NCBI GenBank assembly: GCA_047284725.1
Contig: JBJBEO010000001.1
Location: forward strand, 2,200,203 to 2,264,202
Length of the DNA: 64,000 nt
Source: Synechococcus sp.
GTDB lineage: Bacteria > Cyanobacteriota > Cyanobacteriia > PCC-6307 > Cyanobiaceae
Direction: 5' to 3'
Both the position numbers and the translations under genes were made by a program. The notes under the pieces were generated by a model. That model had not been told where the DNA came from. It ran no database searches and saw nothing but the letters and a program-made list of their open reading frames with translations. This document shows, one piece after another, positions 31,952 through 40,265 of the stretch (its first letter is position 1; each line of letters opens with the position of its first letter).

Positions 31952-32207
31952 TGCCAAGCAAGAGACTTCACAGAAAATTCTACCAAGCAAAATTTTCTGA
32001 ACATGCGCCAGCAGCAGCCTCTCAGGCTGCTGCCATGGCTCCAAATGAAGCGTTTGGCATCGAGGACGGGCTGCGCCCGCTTGCCGATCTGCGCCTCCGC
32101 AGACGATGGGGCAAGGCAGACCTCTGCAATCTCATGCCATTTCCCCACTTGCTTTCAGGAACTTGAGGAATCCTTAACGCATTGAAGACCAGAGGTAACC
32201 AACATCC

Positions 32208-32387
32208 CTAAAAAATATGGGTTTCAATCACATCCCCCCTCTTGCCAAGCAGCTGAATGGACTCATACCCCGACGGCTCAAGCGTTTCCATCGCATCCTC
32301 AAAAGCCATCTGAGCATCATGCAAGTAGTCAAACGTCTCATAGACCCGAGACTGACCTGCATCCTTGATCGTGATTGAATAAACCAT
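32208..32387 (-). CDS. Small acidic hypothetical protein (59 aa; below the ORF-track cutoff)
   Basis: ATG...TAG open frame MVYSITIKDAGQSRVYETFDYLHDAQMAFEDAMETLEPSGYESIQLLGKRGDVIETHIF, with purine-rich AGGAA directly before the ATG. Confidence 0.6.
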   Translation of the reverse strand: MVYSITIKDAGQSRVYETFDYLHDAQMAFEDAMETLEPSGYESIQLLGKRGDVIETHIF

Positions 32388-32463
32388 TTCCTAGTGAGCC
32401 AATAGTCGACTGGGACATCCTCAAAGCTTTCGAGTCAGTGATCACGTCACAATCTCCTCAAAC

Positions 32464-32491
32464 CAAGCCAACAATCGCAAGCCAACAATCG
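32464..32491. repeat. Perfect 14-bp tandem duplication CAAGCCAACAATCG x2
   Basis: 32464-32477 and 32478-32491 are identical. Confidence 0.9.
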
Positions 32492-32529
32492 GGTTGTCGT
32501 CACAGAAGGTCAACCCCAAAGACACAGAG

Positions 32530-32797
32530 AGACTGGTGATAGCGATGAAGCAAGACAAGAGGACAACCGTCGATGGGTTGATCAGCGACCCACCCAGGAG
32601 CCTGCGAGAGGGATCGGCTGGGAGGCCGAACAGACCGTCCTGGAGGCTGGATCACCGCAGTCTTGCGTCAATGCGCAAGTTCACTCATGTATCGAGGCGA
32701 ACACTTTGGCTAGAACAACAGTGTTCAACGGGAGGGCCAAGAACACGCGTCGACATTGGAGACCCTGGCCGGCTCATTGGGGGAGCCGGTTTTTTTT
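32530..32797 (+). ncRNA. Candidate structured non-coding RNA (multibranch domain, hairpins and terminator)
   Basis: Long-range pairing AGACTGGTGAT/ATCACC-G-CAGTCT encloses several hairpins; further hairpins follow; it ends in an intrinsic terminator. No convincing ORF overlaps it. Confidence 0.55.
32769..32797 (+). terminator. Rho-independent terminator
   Basis: CCGGCTC-ATTGGGG-GAGCCGG followed by TTTTTTTT. Confidence 0.88.
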
Positions 32798-32950
32798 GGC
32801 CGCCCCACCCCACGCAGGCGCCGTGAGCGAACGCAACAGGCCAATCTCGGAGTGAGGCTTGGACACCGAACCTGCGGGACCTGACAACAAAGGTGTTGAA
32901 TCGAGCCAACTTCCGTACAGTTCGGCCATCGCATCACAACAATCCACAGG

Positions 32951-34381
32951 TTGAGCTCGACCAACCCACGATCAAGGCGGAGGAGCCAACCGGGACGCAG
33001 GCGGCAAGCCATGCGGGAACTCCAAGCGGAGCGACAGCGGGATCTGGTCGACCGCTCACGCCGTGCTGTTCGCTGGCTTCAACCAGGTCTGGTGGTCAAG
33101 CGCTGGTTGCTCACGTCGGGCATCGGCCTCGTCCTGGCCTTGCTCGGCGCTGCTGTCTGGGCCGATCTCCAACCGATTTACTGGACGCTCTGGGCCATTC
33201 AGGAATCCCTGAGCTGGATCACAAGGGTGCTGCCTCGCGGGATCACCGGTCCGTTGCTGGCCCTGATCGGCATCGGATTGCTTCTTTGGGGCCAGAGCCG
33301 CAGCTTTGGCTCGATTCAACAGGCCCTGGCACCAGAAAAAGACACGGTGCTCGTCGATGCCCTGCGGGCCAAAAGCCGGCTCAACCGCGGGCCCAGCATT
33401 GTGGCCATCGGCGGGGGAACGGGCCTCTCCACTCTGCTCAGCGGCCTGAAGCGCTACAGCTCCAACATCACAGCGATCGTGACCGTCGCCGATGACGGTG
33501 GCAGCAGTGGCGTCCTGCGCCGGGAACTCGGCGTGCAACCGCCCGGCGACATCCGCAACTGCCTGGCGGCCCTCTCCACCGAAGAGCCACTGCTCACACG
33601 CTTGTTCCAATACCGCTTCTCCTCGGGGACCGGCCTGGAAGGTCACAGTTTCGGCAACCTGTTCCTCTCGGCGCTCACAGCCATCACCGGCAATCTTGAA
33701 ACGGCGATCACCGCCTCCAGCCGAGTCCTGGCGGTCCAAGGTCAGGTGGTTCCTGCCACCACAGCGGATGTACGCCTCTGGGCCGAACTGGAGAACGGTC
33801 AGCGCATCGAGGGTGAATCCGCCATCGGCCATGCCCCCAGCCCGATCGTGCGTCTGGGCTGCCTGCCGGAGCAACCACCAGCTCTGCCCAGAGCCCTGGA
33901 AGCGATTGCCAATGCCGACCTTATCCTGCTCGGCCCCGGCAGCCTCTACACCTCCCTCCTGCCGAATCTGCTGGTTCCCGAGCTGGTGACGGCCATCCAG
34001 CGGAGCCGCGCACCGCGGCTCTACATCTGCAACCTGATGACCCAGCCGGGCGAGACCGATGGACTCGACGTGAGCGGCCACCTGCGGGCGATTGAATCTC
34101 AACTGGCCAGTCTCGGTGTGGGTCAACGCCTCTTCACCGCAGTGCTGGCACAGGAGCAACTGCCCGATTCAGCACTGATCGCCCATTACCGCTCCCGGGG
34201 CGCCGAACCCGTGCGGTGCAATCGCCAGGATCTGGCAAGGGAGGGCTATGACGTGATGGAAGCTCCGCTGCAAGGAAGCAGACCGACGGCGACGCTGCGC
34301 CACGATCCCCGAAGCCTGGCGCTCGGGGTGATGCGCTTCTACCGGAAACACAAAGCCGACAAACAATCCCTAGCTAGCTGA
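32951..34381 (+). CDS. yvcK: Gluconeogenesis factor YvcK / CofD-like family protein with N-terminal membrane segment
   Basis: Motifs IGGGTGLS, VTVADDGGSSG.LR, PPGDIRNC, GHSFGNL, GPGSLYTS and NLMTQPGET. Start is uncertain (TTG 32951 or ATG 33011). Confidence 0.9.
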   Translation: MSSTNPRSRRRSQPGRRRQAMRELQAERQRDLVDRSRRAVRWLQPGLVVKRWLLTSGIGLVLALLGAAVWADLQPIYWTLWAIQESLSWITRVLPRGITGPLLALIGIGLLLWGQSRSFGSIQQALAPEKDTVLVDALRAKSRLNRGPSIVAIGGGTGLSTLLSGLKRYSSNITAIVTVADDGGSSGVLRRELGVQPPGDIRNCLAALSTEEPLLTRLFQYRFSSGTGLEGHSFGNLFLSALTAITGNLETAITASSRVLAVQGQVVPATTADVRLWAELENGQRIEGESAIGHAPSPIVRLGCLPEQPPALPRALEAIANADLILLGPGSLYTSLLPNLLVPELVTAIQRSRAPRLYICNLMTQPGETDGLDVSGHLRAIESQLASLGVGQRLFTAVLAQEQLPDSALIAHYRSRGAEPVRCNRQDLAREGYDVMEAPLQGSRPTATLRHDPRSLALGVMRFYRKHKADKQSLAS

Positions 34382-34437
34382 GAACGCTCTAAAACTCCCC
34401 AGCCGCCAGAAACAGAAAAGGATCAAACGTTAAAACG

Positions 34438-34995
34438 TCAGTAAGCATCCTGCATTTCGTAGAAGTCTGGCTGCACATAGTCCTTGCGCAAAGGCCAGCC
34501 TTTCCAGTCTTCCGGCATCAATAACCGCTTGGGATGGGGATGTCCATCGAAGCGAATGCCAAACATGTCGAAGGTTTCACGCTCCTGCCAATCAGCCCCG
34601 CGGAACAGTCCATAGAGGGTCGGCACATGGGGCTCGCCGTCCCGCGAGAGGAACACTTTGAGGCGCACTTCACGCACCTGATCACCACCACCTTCAGCCA
34701 CTTCCGCCATGGCCACCAGGTGATAGAAGCAGACCAACCGCTGGCCAGGGCCTTCGTCGTAGCCGCCCTGGCACTGGAGGTAATCGAAGCCGTGGGCTTT
34801 CAAAGCTGCAGCGATGACCGGAAGGAACATCGGCTCAATGCCAATGGTTTCCACGCCAAGGTGGTCGGCAGGCAGGATCTCGTGATCGAAGCCCTGCTGC
34901 TGCAACCACACACTGACGGGACCACGCTCGGGAGCAGCCGGTAGCTGGCTCTCCTCAGCGAGATTGGATGCGGACGCGTTCGGGGTTTCACTCAT
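34438..34995 (-). CDS. ndhJ: NAD(P)H-quinone oxidoreductase subunit J
   Basis: Motifs [36 protein letters not shown] and YEMQDAY. Confidence 0.97.
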   Translation of the reverse strand: MSETPNASASNLAEESQLPAAPERGPVSVWLQQQGFDHEILPADHLGVETIGIEPMFLPVIAAALKAHGFDYLQCQGGYDEGPGQRLVCFYHLVAMAEVAEGGGDQVREVRLKVFLSRDGEPHVPTLYGLFRGADWQERETFDMFGIRFDGHPHPKRLLMPEDWKGWPLRKDYVQPDFYEMQDAY

Positions 34996-35006
34996 GGCGA
35001 ATGCCC

Positions 35007-35771
35007 TCAGGAGGCGGATGGTTCGGAGGAGGCTTCAGCGGGAGCTTCCGCAGGTGTGGACAGGGCTGGCATCGGCAGACCGGCACCAGCCTGCAAGGCT
35101 GCGATCTGAGTCTCGGCCTGCAGATAAGCACCGGTGACCATGGGATCCACAGGCTTCATCCCATGCTTCACCGTGTAATAGCGATGCGTCTGCTGCAGCT
35201 GTCGGCGATCACTCACCGACTCATTCGCCACCTTCTTGCGCAATTTGATCACGGCATCAAAGATCGCTTCAGGGCGCGGTGGGCACCCAGGGAGGTAGAG
35301 ATCCACAGGGATGAGCTTGTCGACGCCGCGCACCGCCGTGGTGGAGTCGGCACTGAACATGCCACCGGTGATGGTGCAAGCACCCATGGCGATCACGTAT
35401 TTGGGCTCAGGCATCTGCTCGTAGAGACGCACCAGAGCTGGAGCCATCTTCATGGTCACGGTGCCCGCAACGATCAGGAGATCAGCCTGCCGGGGCGAAC
35501 TGCGTGGAACCAGACCAAAACGGTCAAAGTCGAACCGTGATCCAATCAGGGCCGCGAATTCGATGAAGCAGCAGGCCGTGCCGTAGAGAAGAGGCCAGAG
35601 GCTGCTCAGACGAGCCCAGTTATGGAGGTCATCAAGGCTGGTGAGAATGACGTTCTCACTGAGATCCGTGGTGACAGCTGGAGCACCTTCGGCGGCACCT
35701 GCCACAGGACCACAACTGGCGGCGCGCAGATCACGAACAGCTGCAATCGATGGGGTCGTTGATTCAGGCAT
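35007..35771 (-). CDS. ndhK: NAD(P)H-quinone oxidoreductase subunit K
   Basis: Motifs [23 protein letters not shown] and [10 protein letters not shown]. Confidence 0.97.
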   Translation of the reverse strand: MPESTTPSIAAVRDLRAASCGPVAGAAEGAPAVTTDLSENVILTSLDDLHNWARLSSLWPLLYGTACCFIEFAALIGSRFDFDRFGLVPRSSPRQADLLIVAGTVTMKMAPALVRLYEQMPEPKYVIAMGACTITGGMFSADSTTAVRGVDKLIPVDLYLPGCPPRPEAIFDAVIKLRKKVANESVSDRRQLQQTHRYYTVKHGMKPVDPMVTGAYLQAETQIAALQAGAGLPMPALSTPAEAPAEASSEPSAS

Positions 35772-35775
35772 CAGC

Positions 35776-36138
35776 TCAGCTCCACTCGAGGGCGCCTTTG
35801 CGCCAGGCATAGGCCAGCGCCACCACAAGGATGGCGATGAAGATCAAAGCCTCAATAAAGGCCAGCAAACCAAGACGGTGGAACGCCACCGCCCAGGGAT
35901 ACAGAAACACGGTCTCCACATCGAAGATGACGAAGACCAGGGCAAACATGTAGTAACGGATATTGAATTGAATCCAGGCACCGCCGATGGGCTCCATGCC
36001 TGATTCATAGGTGATCTCCCTCTCACCCTGCTGACTGCGGGGCGACAGAAGCTTGTTGGTGACCAACGCCAGCACCGGCACCGCTGCTGCGATCAGCAGG
36101 AAGCCGAGGAAGGCGTCGTAACCCGGCAGAGCAAACAT
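35776..36138 (-). CDS. ndhC: NAD(P)H-quinone oxidoreductase subunit 3
   Basis: Motifs [23 protein letters not shown] and WRKGALEWS. Confidence 0.97.
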   Translation of the reverse strand: MFALPGYDAFLGFLLIAAAVPVLALVTNKLLSPRSQQGEREITYESGMEPIGGAWIQFNIRYYMFALVFVIFDVETVFLYPWAVAFHRLGLLAFIEALIFIAILVVALAYAWRKGALEWS

Positions 36139-36224
36139 GAATCAGCCTGACCTGTGGGTCAGTCTGGCATTCACCACCACCATCTGACGCCCCCGATAGA
36201 GTTGCTCCACTAGTCCAAGCCACG

Positions 36225-36674
36225 GTGAGCGACGAGATTTCTGGATCCGAAACGACCAACCCTGCGGCAGGAGAGACTGATCAACGCAGCGACACGACCA
36301 ACGCGTCGGTGGCCACCGAGGGCATCAACTCCGAAGCAGCGTCTGAACTGGACAGCGATCCCCGCACCCACCGGTTCGAATGCCGCAGCTGTGGATACGT
36401 GTATGACCCGGCAGAAGGCGTCAAAAAACTAGGCATCGAGCCCAACACCCCCTTCGACGATCTCGACGCCGTCAGCTTCCGATGCCCGGTGTGCCGAAGC
36501 CGGGTGGGTGCGTTCCGCGACATCGGCCCAGTGACCAAAGCGAGCGGCTTTGAGGAAAATCTCGACTTTGGCCTCGGCGTGAACCGGCTCACTCCTGGCC
36601 AGAAGAACGTCTTGATCTTCGGCAGCCTCGCTCTCGGCTTCGCCTTTTTCCTCTCTCTGTACTCCCTTCGCTAA
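36225..36674 (+). CDS. rubA: Photosystem-associated rubredoxin
   Basis: CRSCGYVYDP...FRCPVC with a C-terminal TM anchor; upstream of ycf48-psbEFLJ. Confidence 0.93.
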   Translation: MSDEISGSETTNPAAGETDQRSDTTNASVATEGINSEAASELDSDPRTHRFECRSCGYVYDPAEGVKKLGIEPNTPFDDLDAVSFRCPVCRSRVGAFRDIGPVTKASGFEENLDFGLGVNRLTPGQKNVLIFGSLALGFAFFLSLYSLR

Positions 36675-36713
36675 CCGTCCTGGCTGGACACGGCTACTCC
36701 CTCAACGACACCC

Positions 36714-37706
36714 ATGAAGCGCCTGCTTAACCCCTTCTTTCACCTGTTGCTGGTGGCTTGCCTAGGTCTCGGCCTCGGCGGTTGTGTGGCCACGCGCCTC
36801 GCCGCTGCCGAAACCAGCCCCTGGCAAGCGATTGATCTGAAGACTGAGGCCAATCCCCTGGATGTGGCCTTCACGGATGCCAACCACGGCTTTCTGGTGG
36901 GCAGCAATCGCATGATTCTGGAAACCATGGATGGAGGGGCAAGCTGGGACGAGCGCAGCCTTGATCTGCCGGAAGAAGAGAACTTCCGGTTGATCAGCAT
37001 TGATTTCGATGGCGATGACGGCTGGATCGCTGGTCAACCCGGCCTGCTGATGCACACCACCGACGGCGGCAGCAACTGGACCCGCCTCTTCCTCGACACC
37101 AAATTGCCAGGCGAGCCCTACCTGATCACCGCCCTCGGTCGCGACAGCGCTGAACTCGCCACGAACGTCGGCGCCGTGTACCGCACATCGGATGGTGGCG
37201 GCAGCTGGGATGCCAAGGTCAGCGATGCCGCCGGTGCCGTGCGCGATCTACGCCGCAGCGATGACGGGCGCTACGTGAGCGTGAGCAGCCTGGGCAATTT
37301 CTACGCCAGCTGGGATCCAGGCCAGTCCGTGTGGCAGGTGCACCAGCGCGTCAGCAGCCAACGTCTTCAGAGCATCGGCTATCAGCCCGACGGCCGTCTG
37401 TGGATGCTCGCCCGCGGCGCCCAGATCCGCCTCAACGACGATGCCTCGAACAACGAGAGCTGGAGCAAGCCGATCGTGCCGATCACCAATGGCTATGGCT
37501 ATCTCGACCTGGCCTGGACTGACGATGGCGCTCTCTGGGCCGCCGGCGGCAACGGCACGCTGCTGGTGAGCCGCGACGGTGGCGACAGCTGGCAGCGCGA
37601 CCCGGTGGGCGCGGAACAACCCAGCAACTTCACGCGCTTTGAGCTCACCGACGGCAAAGCCTTCCTGCTCGGCGAGCGCGGCATCCTGCTGCGCAACGTG
37701 GGCTGA
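36714..37706 (+). CDS. ycf48: Photosystem II assembly factor Ycf48/HCF136
   Basis: Lipoprotein signal (LGGC), repeated T.DGG..W BNR motifs, and conserved synteny. Confidence 0.95.
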   Translation: MKRLLNPFFHLLLVACLGLGLGGCVATRLAAAETSPWQAIDLKTEANPLDVAFTDANHGFLVGSNRMILETMDGGASWDERSLDLPEEENFRLISIDFDGDDGWIAGQPGLLMHTTDGGSNWTRLFLDTKLPGEPYLITALGRDSAELATNVGAVYRTSDGGGSWDAKVSDAAGAVRDLRRSDDGRYVSVSSLGNFYASWDPGQSVWQVHQRVSSQRLQSIGYQPDGRLWMLARGAQIRLNDDASNNESWSKPIVPITNGYGYLDLAWTDDGALWAAGGNGTLLVSRDGGDSWQRDPVGAEQPSNFTRFELTDGKAFLLGERGILLRNVG

Positions 37707-37834
37707 GCCCAGGCCTCGTTCGGGTTGGCGGCGTTGACGCCAACCCCCCACAACGCTCTGTAACCAAGAACCTTCCGGTGACGCGGGAACTGATCACCGC
37801 CCTTTAGGATCACCGAGCTGATACGCCCGAAGCC

Positions 37835-38083
37835 ATGGCAGCCGGCTCCACCGGGGAACGCCCGTTTTTCGAGATCATCACCAGCATCCGCTATTGGGTG
37901 ATCCACGCTGTGACCCTGCCTGCGATTTTCCTTGCAGGCTTCCTGTTTGTGTCCACTGGCCTTGCCTACGACGCCTTTGGCACACCTCGTCCGGATGCCT
38001 ACTTCCAGGCCTCCGAAAGCAAAGCTCCTGTGGTGAGCCAGCGCTATGAGGGCAAGGATCAACTCGATGTTCGCCTGAAATAA
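37835..38083 (+). CDS. psbE: Cytochrome b559 alpha subunit
   Basis: [21 protein letters not shown]...[12 protein letters not shown]. Confidence 0.98.
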   Translation: MAAGSTGERPFFEIITSIRYWVIHAVTLPAIFLAGFLFVSTGLAYDAFGTPRPDAYFQASESKAPVVSQRYEGKDQLDVRLK

Positions 38084-38086
38084 GTC

Positions 38087-38224
38087 ATGACACAAACCCC
38101 CTCCACATCCACGCCGCGCAACTATCCGATTTTCACGGTGCGCTGGCTTGCTTTGCACACCCTGGGCGTGCCCACGGTGTTCTTCCTGGGTGCCCTGGCT
38201 GCCATGCAGTTCATCCGTCGCTGA
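38087..38224 (+). CDS. psbF: Cytochrome b559 beta subunit
   Basis: Translated by hand: [45 protein letters not shown]. Confidence 0.98.
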   Translation: MTQTPSTSTPRNYPIFTVRWLALHTLGVPTVFFLGALAAMQFIRR

Positions 38225-38246
38225 TCCATCCACCTGCTGAACCACC

Positions 38247-38366
38247 ATGGAGCGCAATCCAAATCCAAACAGCCTTCCGGTTGAGCTGAACAGAACCAGT
38301 CTTTACCTGGGAATCCTGTTCGTCTCCACCTGCGGAATTCTGTTCTCCAGCTACTTCTTCAACTGA
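38247..38366 (+). CDS. psbL: Photosystem II protein L
   Basis: Translated by hand: [39 protein letters not shown]. Confidence 0.97.
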   Translation: MERNPNPNSLPVELNRTSLYLGILFVSTCGILFSSYFFN

Positions 38367-38377
38367 GGAACTGATTC

Positions 38378-38578
38378 ATGAGCGGCAAGAAATCCAATCT
38401 TCCCGACGGTCGTATTCCTGATCGTCTTCCTGACGGACGTCCCGCAGTGGCCTGGCGTTCCCGCTGGACCGAAGGCACTCTCCCCCTCTGGCTCGTCGCC
38501 ACTGCAGGTGGCATGGCCGTGCTGTTTGTGGTGGGCCTGTTCTTCTACGGCTCCTACACCGGCGTCGGTTCCGCCTGA
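38378..38578 (+). CDS. psbJ: Photosystem II protein J
   Basis: [10 protein letters not shown]...[13 protein letters not shown], with the picocyanobacterial N-terminal extension. Confidence 0.96.
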   Translation: MSGKKSNLPDGRIPDRLPDGRPAVAWRSRWTEGTLPLWLVATAGGMAVLFVVGLFFYGSYTGVGSA

Positions 38579-38598
38579 TTGAGGAATCATCCTCTGAG

Positions 38599-38634
38599 AA
38601 AAAGCCCCCTGGCCTTGTCCAGAGGGCTTTTTTT
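38599..38634 (+). terminator. Rho-independent terminator of the psbEFLJ operon
   Basis: AAAAAGCCC-C-CTGG-CCTTGT-CCAG-A-GGGC-TTTTTTT. Confidence 0.88.
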
Positions 38635-38736
38635 AGTGCCATACGGAAGGCACATCAATCCACTGGCTGATCTCCTTGCGTGGTATGTCGAGGAACCGAG
38701 AGAACCTTAAAATTCTCGTGGTCAGCACTTGGATGA

Positions 38737-39201
38737 ATGCAGGAGAGCCAAGCTGCTGCCAATGAAGCCACGCAGACACCACGCCCGCGACGCAATCGCC
38801 GACCCAAGCTACGGGCCCTGTTCTGTCCAAGGCACCCCGAGCAACGCATCGAAGGCAACGGCAAAAAGTACTACTTACACCTGCTCCAGCCCGAGCAACT
38901 GCAGCAGCGCGGCATGTCAGCCAAACGCGCTCAGCTGGTGATCAATGCCTATCCCGTATTAGTGCTCAGCGATGAGTGGCTTGAGGAGCTGTTCTGCCCC
39001 CTGTGCGGCCAGAGCCGTTGGTGCCACATCACCAAACATGACCGGGTCGAACACAGCGTGCGCTGGGCACCAAGGGATCTATGGGAACAGGTCGCCCATG
39101 TAGATCCCACGGCCGCCAACCCCACGGTGAGTGAATTCACCCAGCGTGCAGCCCGGCGCACCCAACTCAAACGGGCTGACGGACGCCGCTTTTACGACTG
39201 A
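38737..39201 (+). CDS. Hypothetical basic protein with possible zinc-binding Cys/His motifs
   Basis: LFCPRHP ... LFCPLCG..RWCH; Arg-rich ends; fills the gap between psbJ and the epimerase. Confidence 0.7.
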   Translation: MQESQAAANEATQTPRPRRNRRPKLRALFCPRHPEQRIEGNGKKYYLHLLQPEQLQQRGMSAKRAQLVINAYPVLVLSDEWLEELFCPLCGQSRWCHITKHDRVEHSVRWAPRDLWEQVAHVDPTAANPTVSEFTQRAARRTQLKRADGRRFYD

Positions 39202-40265
39202 ACCTGCGAAGTCGATTGCCCAACCGCTGATCCAACGCCGTAGAAGGCGCGATACCAGTCAGCGAAACGCTGCACGCCTGTCTCAATCGGGGTGGAAGGC
39301 TTGAAGCCCACCCAAGCCTCCAGAGCCGACGTATTGGCCGCGGTGGCCACCACATCGCCGGGCTGCATGGGCTGGAAGTCCTTGATGGCTTCGCGGCCCA
39401 GGGCCTGCTCCATCACCTCAATGAAGCGCATCAACGGAGTGGGCTGACTGTTGCCGATATTGAAAACACGATGAGGGGCCGCAGCCGTAGCCGGATCCGG
39501 AGCGAGGGGGTCAAAGTCGGGATTCGCCGTGGCCGGCTTGTCGCCGCAGCGCAGCACCCCCTCCACGATGTCATCGATGTAGGTGAAATCGCGCTGCATC
39601 TTGCCGTGGTTAAACACCCGAATCGGCTTCCCGGCCAGGATCGCTTTGGCGAACAACATCGGAGCCATATCGGGTCGGCCCCAGGGGCCATACACCGTGA
39701 AAAAGCGCAGACCGGTCGCCGGTAGACCATACAGATGGCTGTAGGTGTGAGCCATCAATTCATTCGCCTTTTTGCTTGCGGCATACAGGCTCACCGGGTG
39801 ATTCACCGGTTGACGCTCGTCAAACGGCAGGTTGCGGTTGCCGCCATACACCGAGCTGCTGGAGGCATACACCAGGTTTTCCACCCCATGGTGCCGGCAG
39901 CCCTCAAGGATGTGCCCGAACCCCACCAGATTGCTCTGGATGTAGGCCGCAGGATTGTCCAGCGAGTAACGCACGCCGGCCTGGGCAGCCAGGTTCACAA
40001 CCACCCGGGGCCGTTCGGCAGAAAACAGCGCCAGCAGGGTTTCCCCCTCTTCCAGGGCCATCCGCTCAAAACGCCAGGCACCGGCAGGGGCCATGGCCTC
40101 AATCACCTCGAGGCGCGCCTGCTTCAGGGCTGGGTCGTAGTAGGTGTTGAGATTGTCGACGCCGATCACACGATCGCCCCGCTTAAGCAGGCGCTGGCAC
40201 AAGGCAGAACCGATGAATCCGGCAGCACCGGTGACCAGAATCGGACGGGAGCTCACAGCAGGCAT
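39192..40265 (-). CDS. NAD-dependent epimerase (UDP-glucuronate 4-epimerase type)
   Basis: Motifs GAAGFIG, LAAQAGVRYS, ASSSSVYG, YAASK, RFFTVYGPWGRPDMA and RDFTYIDD. Confidence 0.93.
   Translation of the reverse strand: MPAVSSRPILVTGAAGFIGSALCQRLLKRGDRVIGVDNLNTYYDPALKQARLEVIEAMAPAGAWRFERMALEEGETLLALFSAERPRVVVNLAAQAGVRYSLDNPAAYIQSNLVGFGHILEGCRHHGVENLVYASSSSVYGGNRNLPFDERQPVNHPVSLYAASKKANELMAHTYSHLYGLPATGLRFFTVYGPWGRPDMAPMLFAKAILAGKPIRVFNHGKMQRDFTYIDDIVEGVLRCGDKPATANPDFDPLAPDPATAAAPHRVFNIGNSQPTPLMRFIEVMEQALGREAIKDFQPMQPGDVVATAANTSALEAWVGFKPSTPIETGVQRFADWYRAFYGVGSAVGQSTSQVQS

Noticed and set aside
32494..32826. 110-aa + strand ORF over the candidate RNA
   Set aside because: It has a TTG start and no recognisable motif, and it runs through a strong intrinsic terminator. 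RNA structure explains the sequence better.
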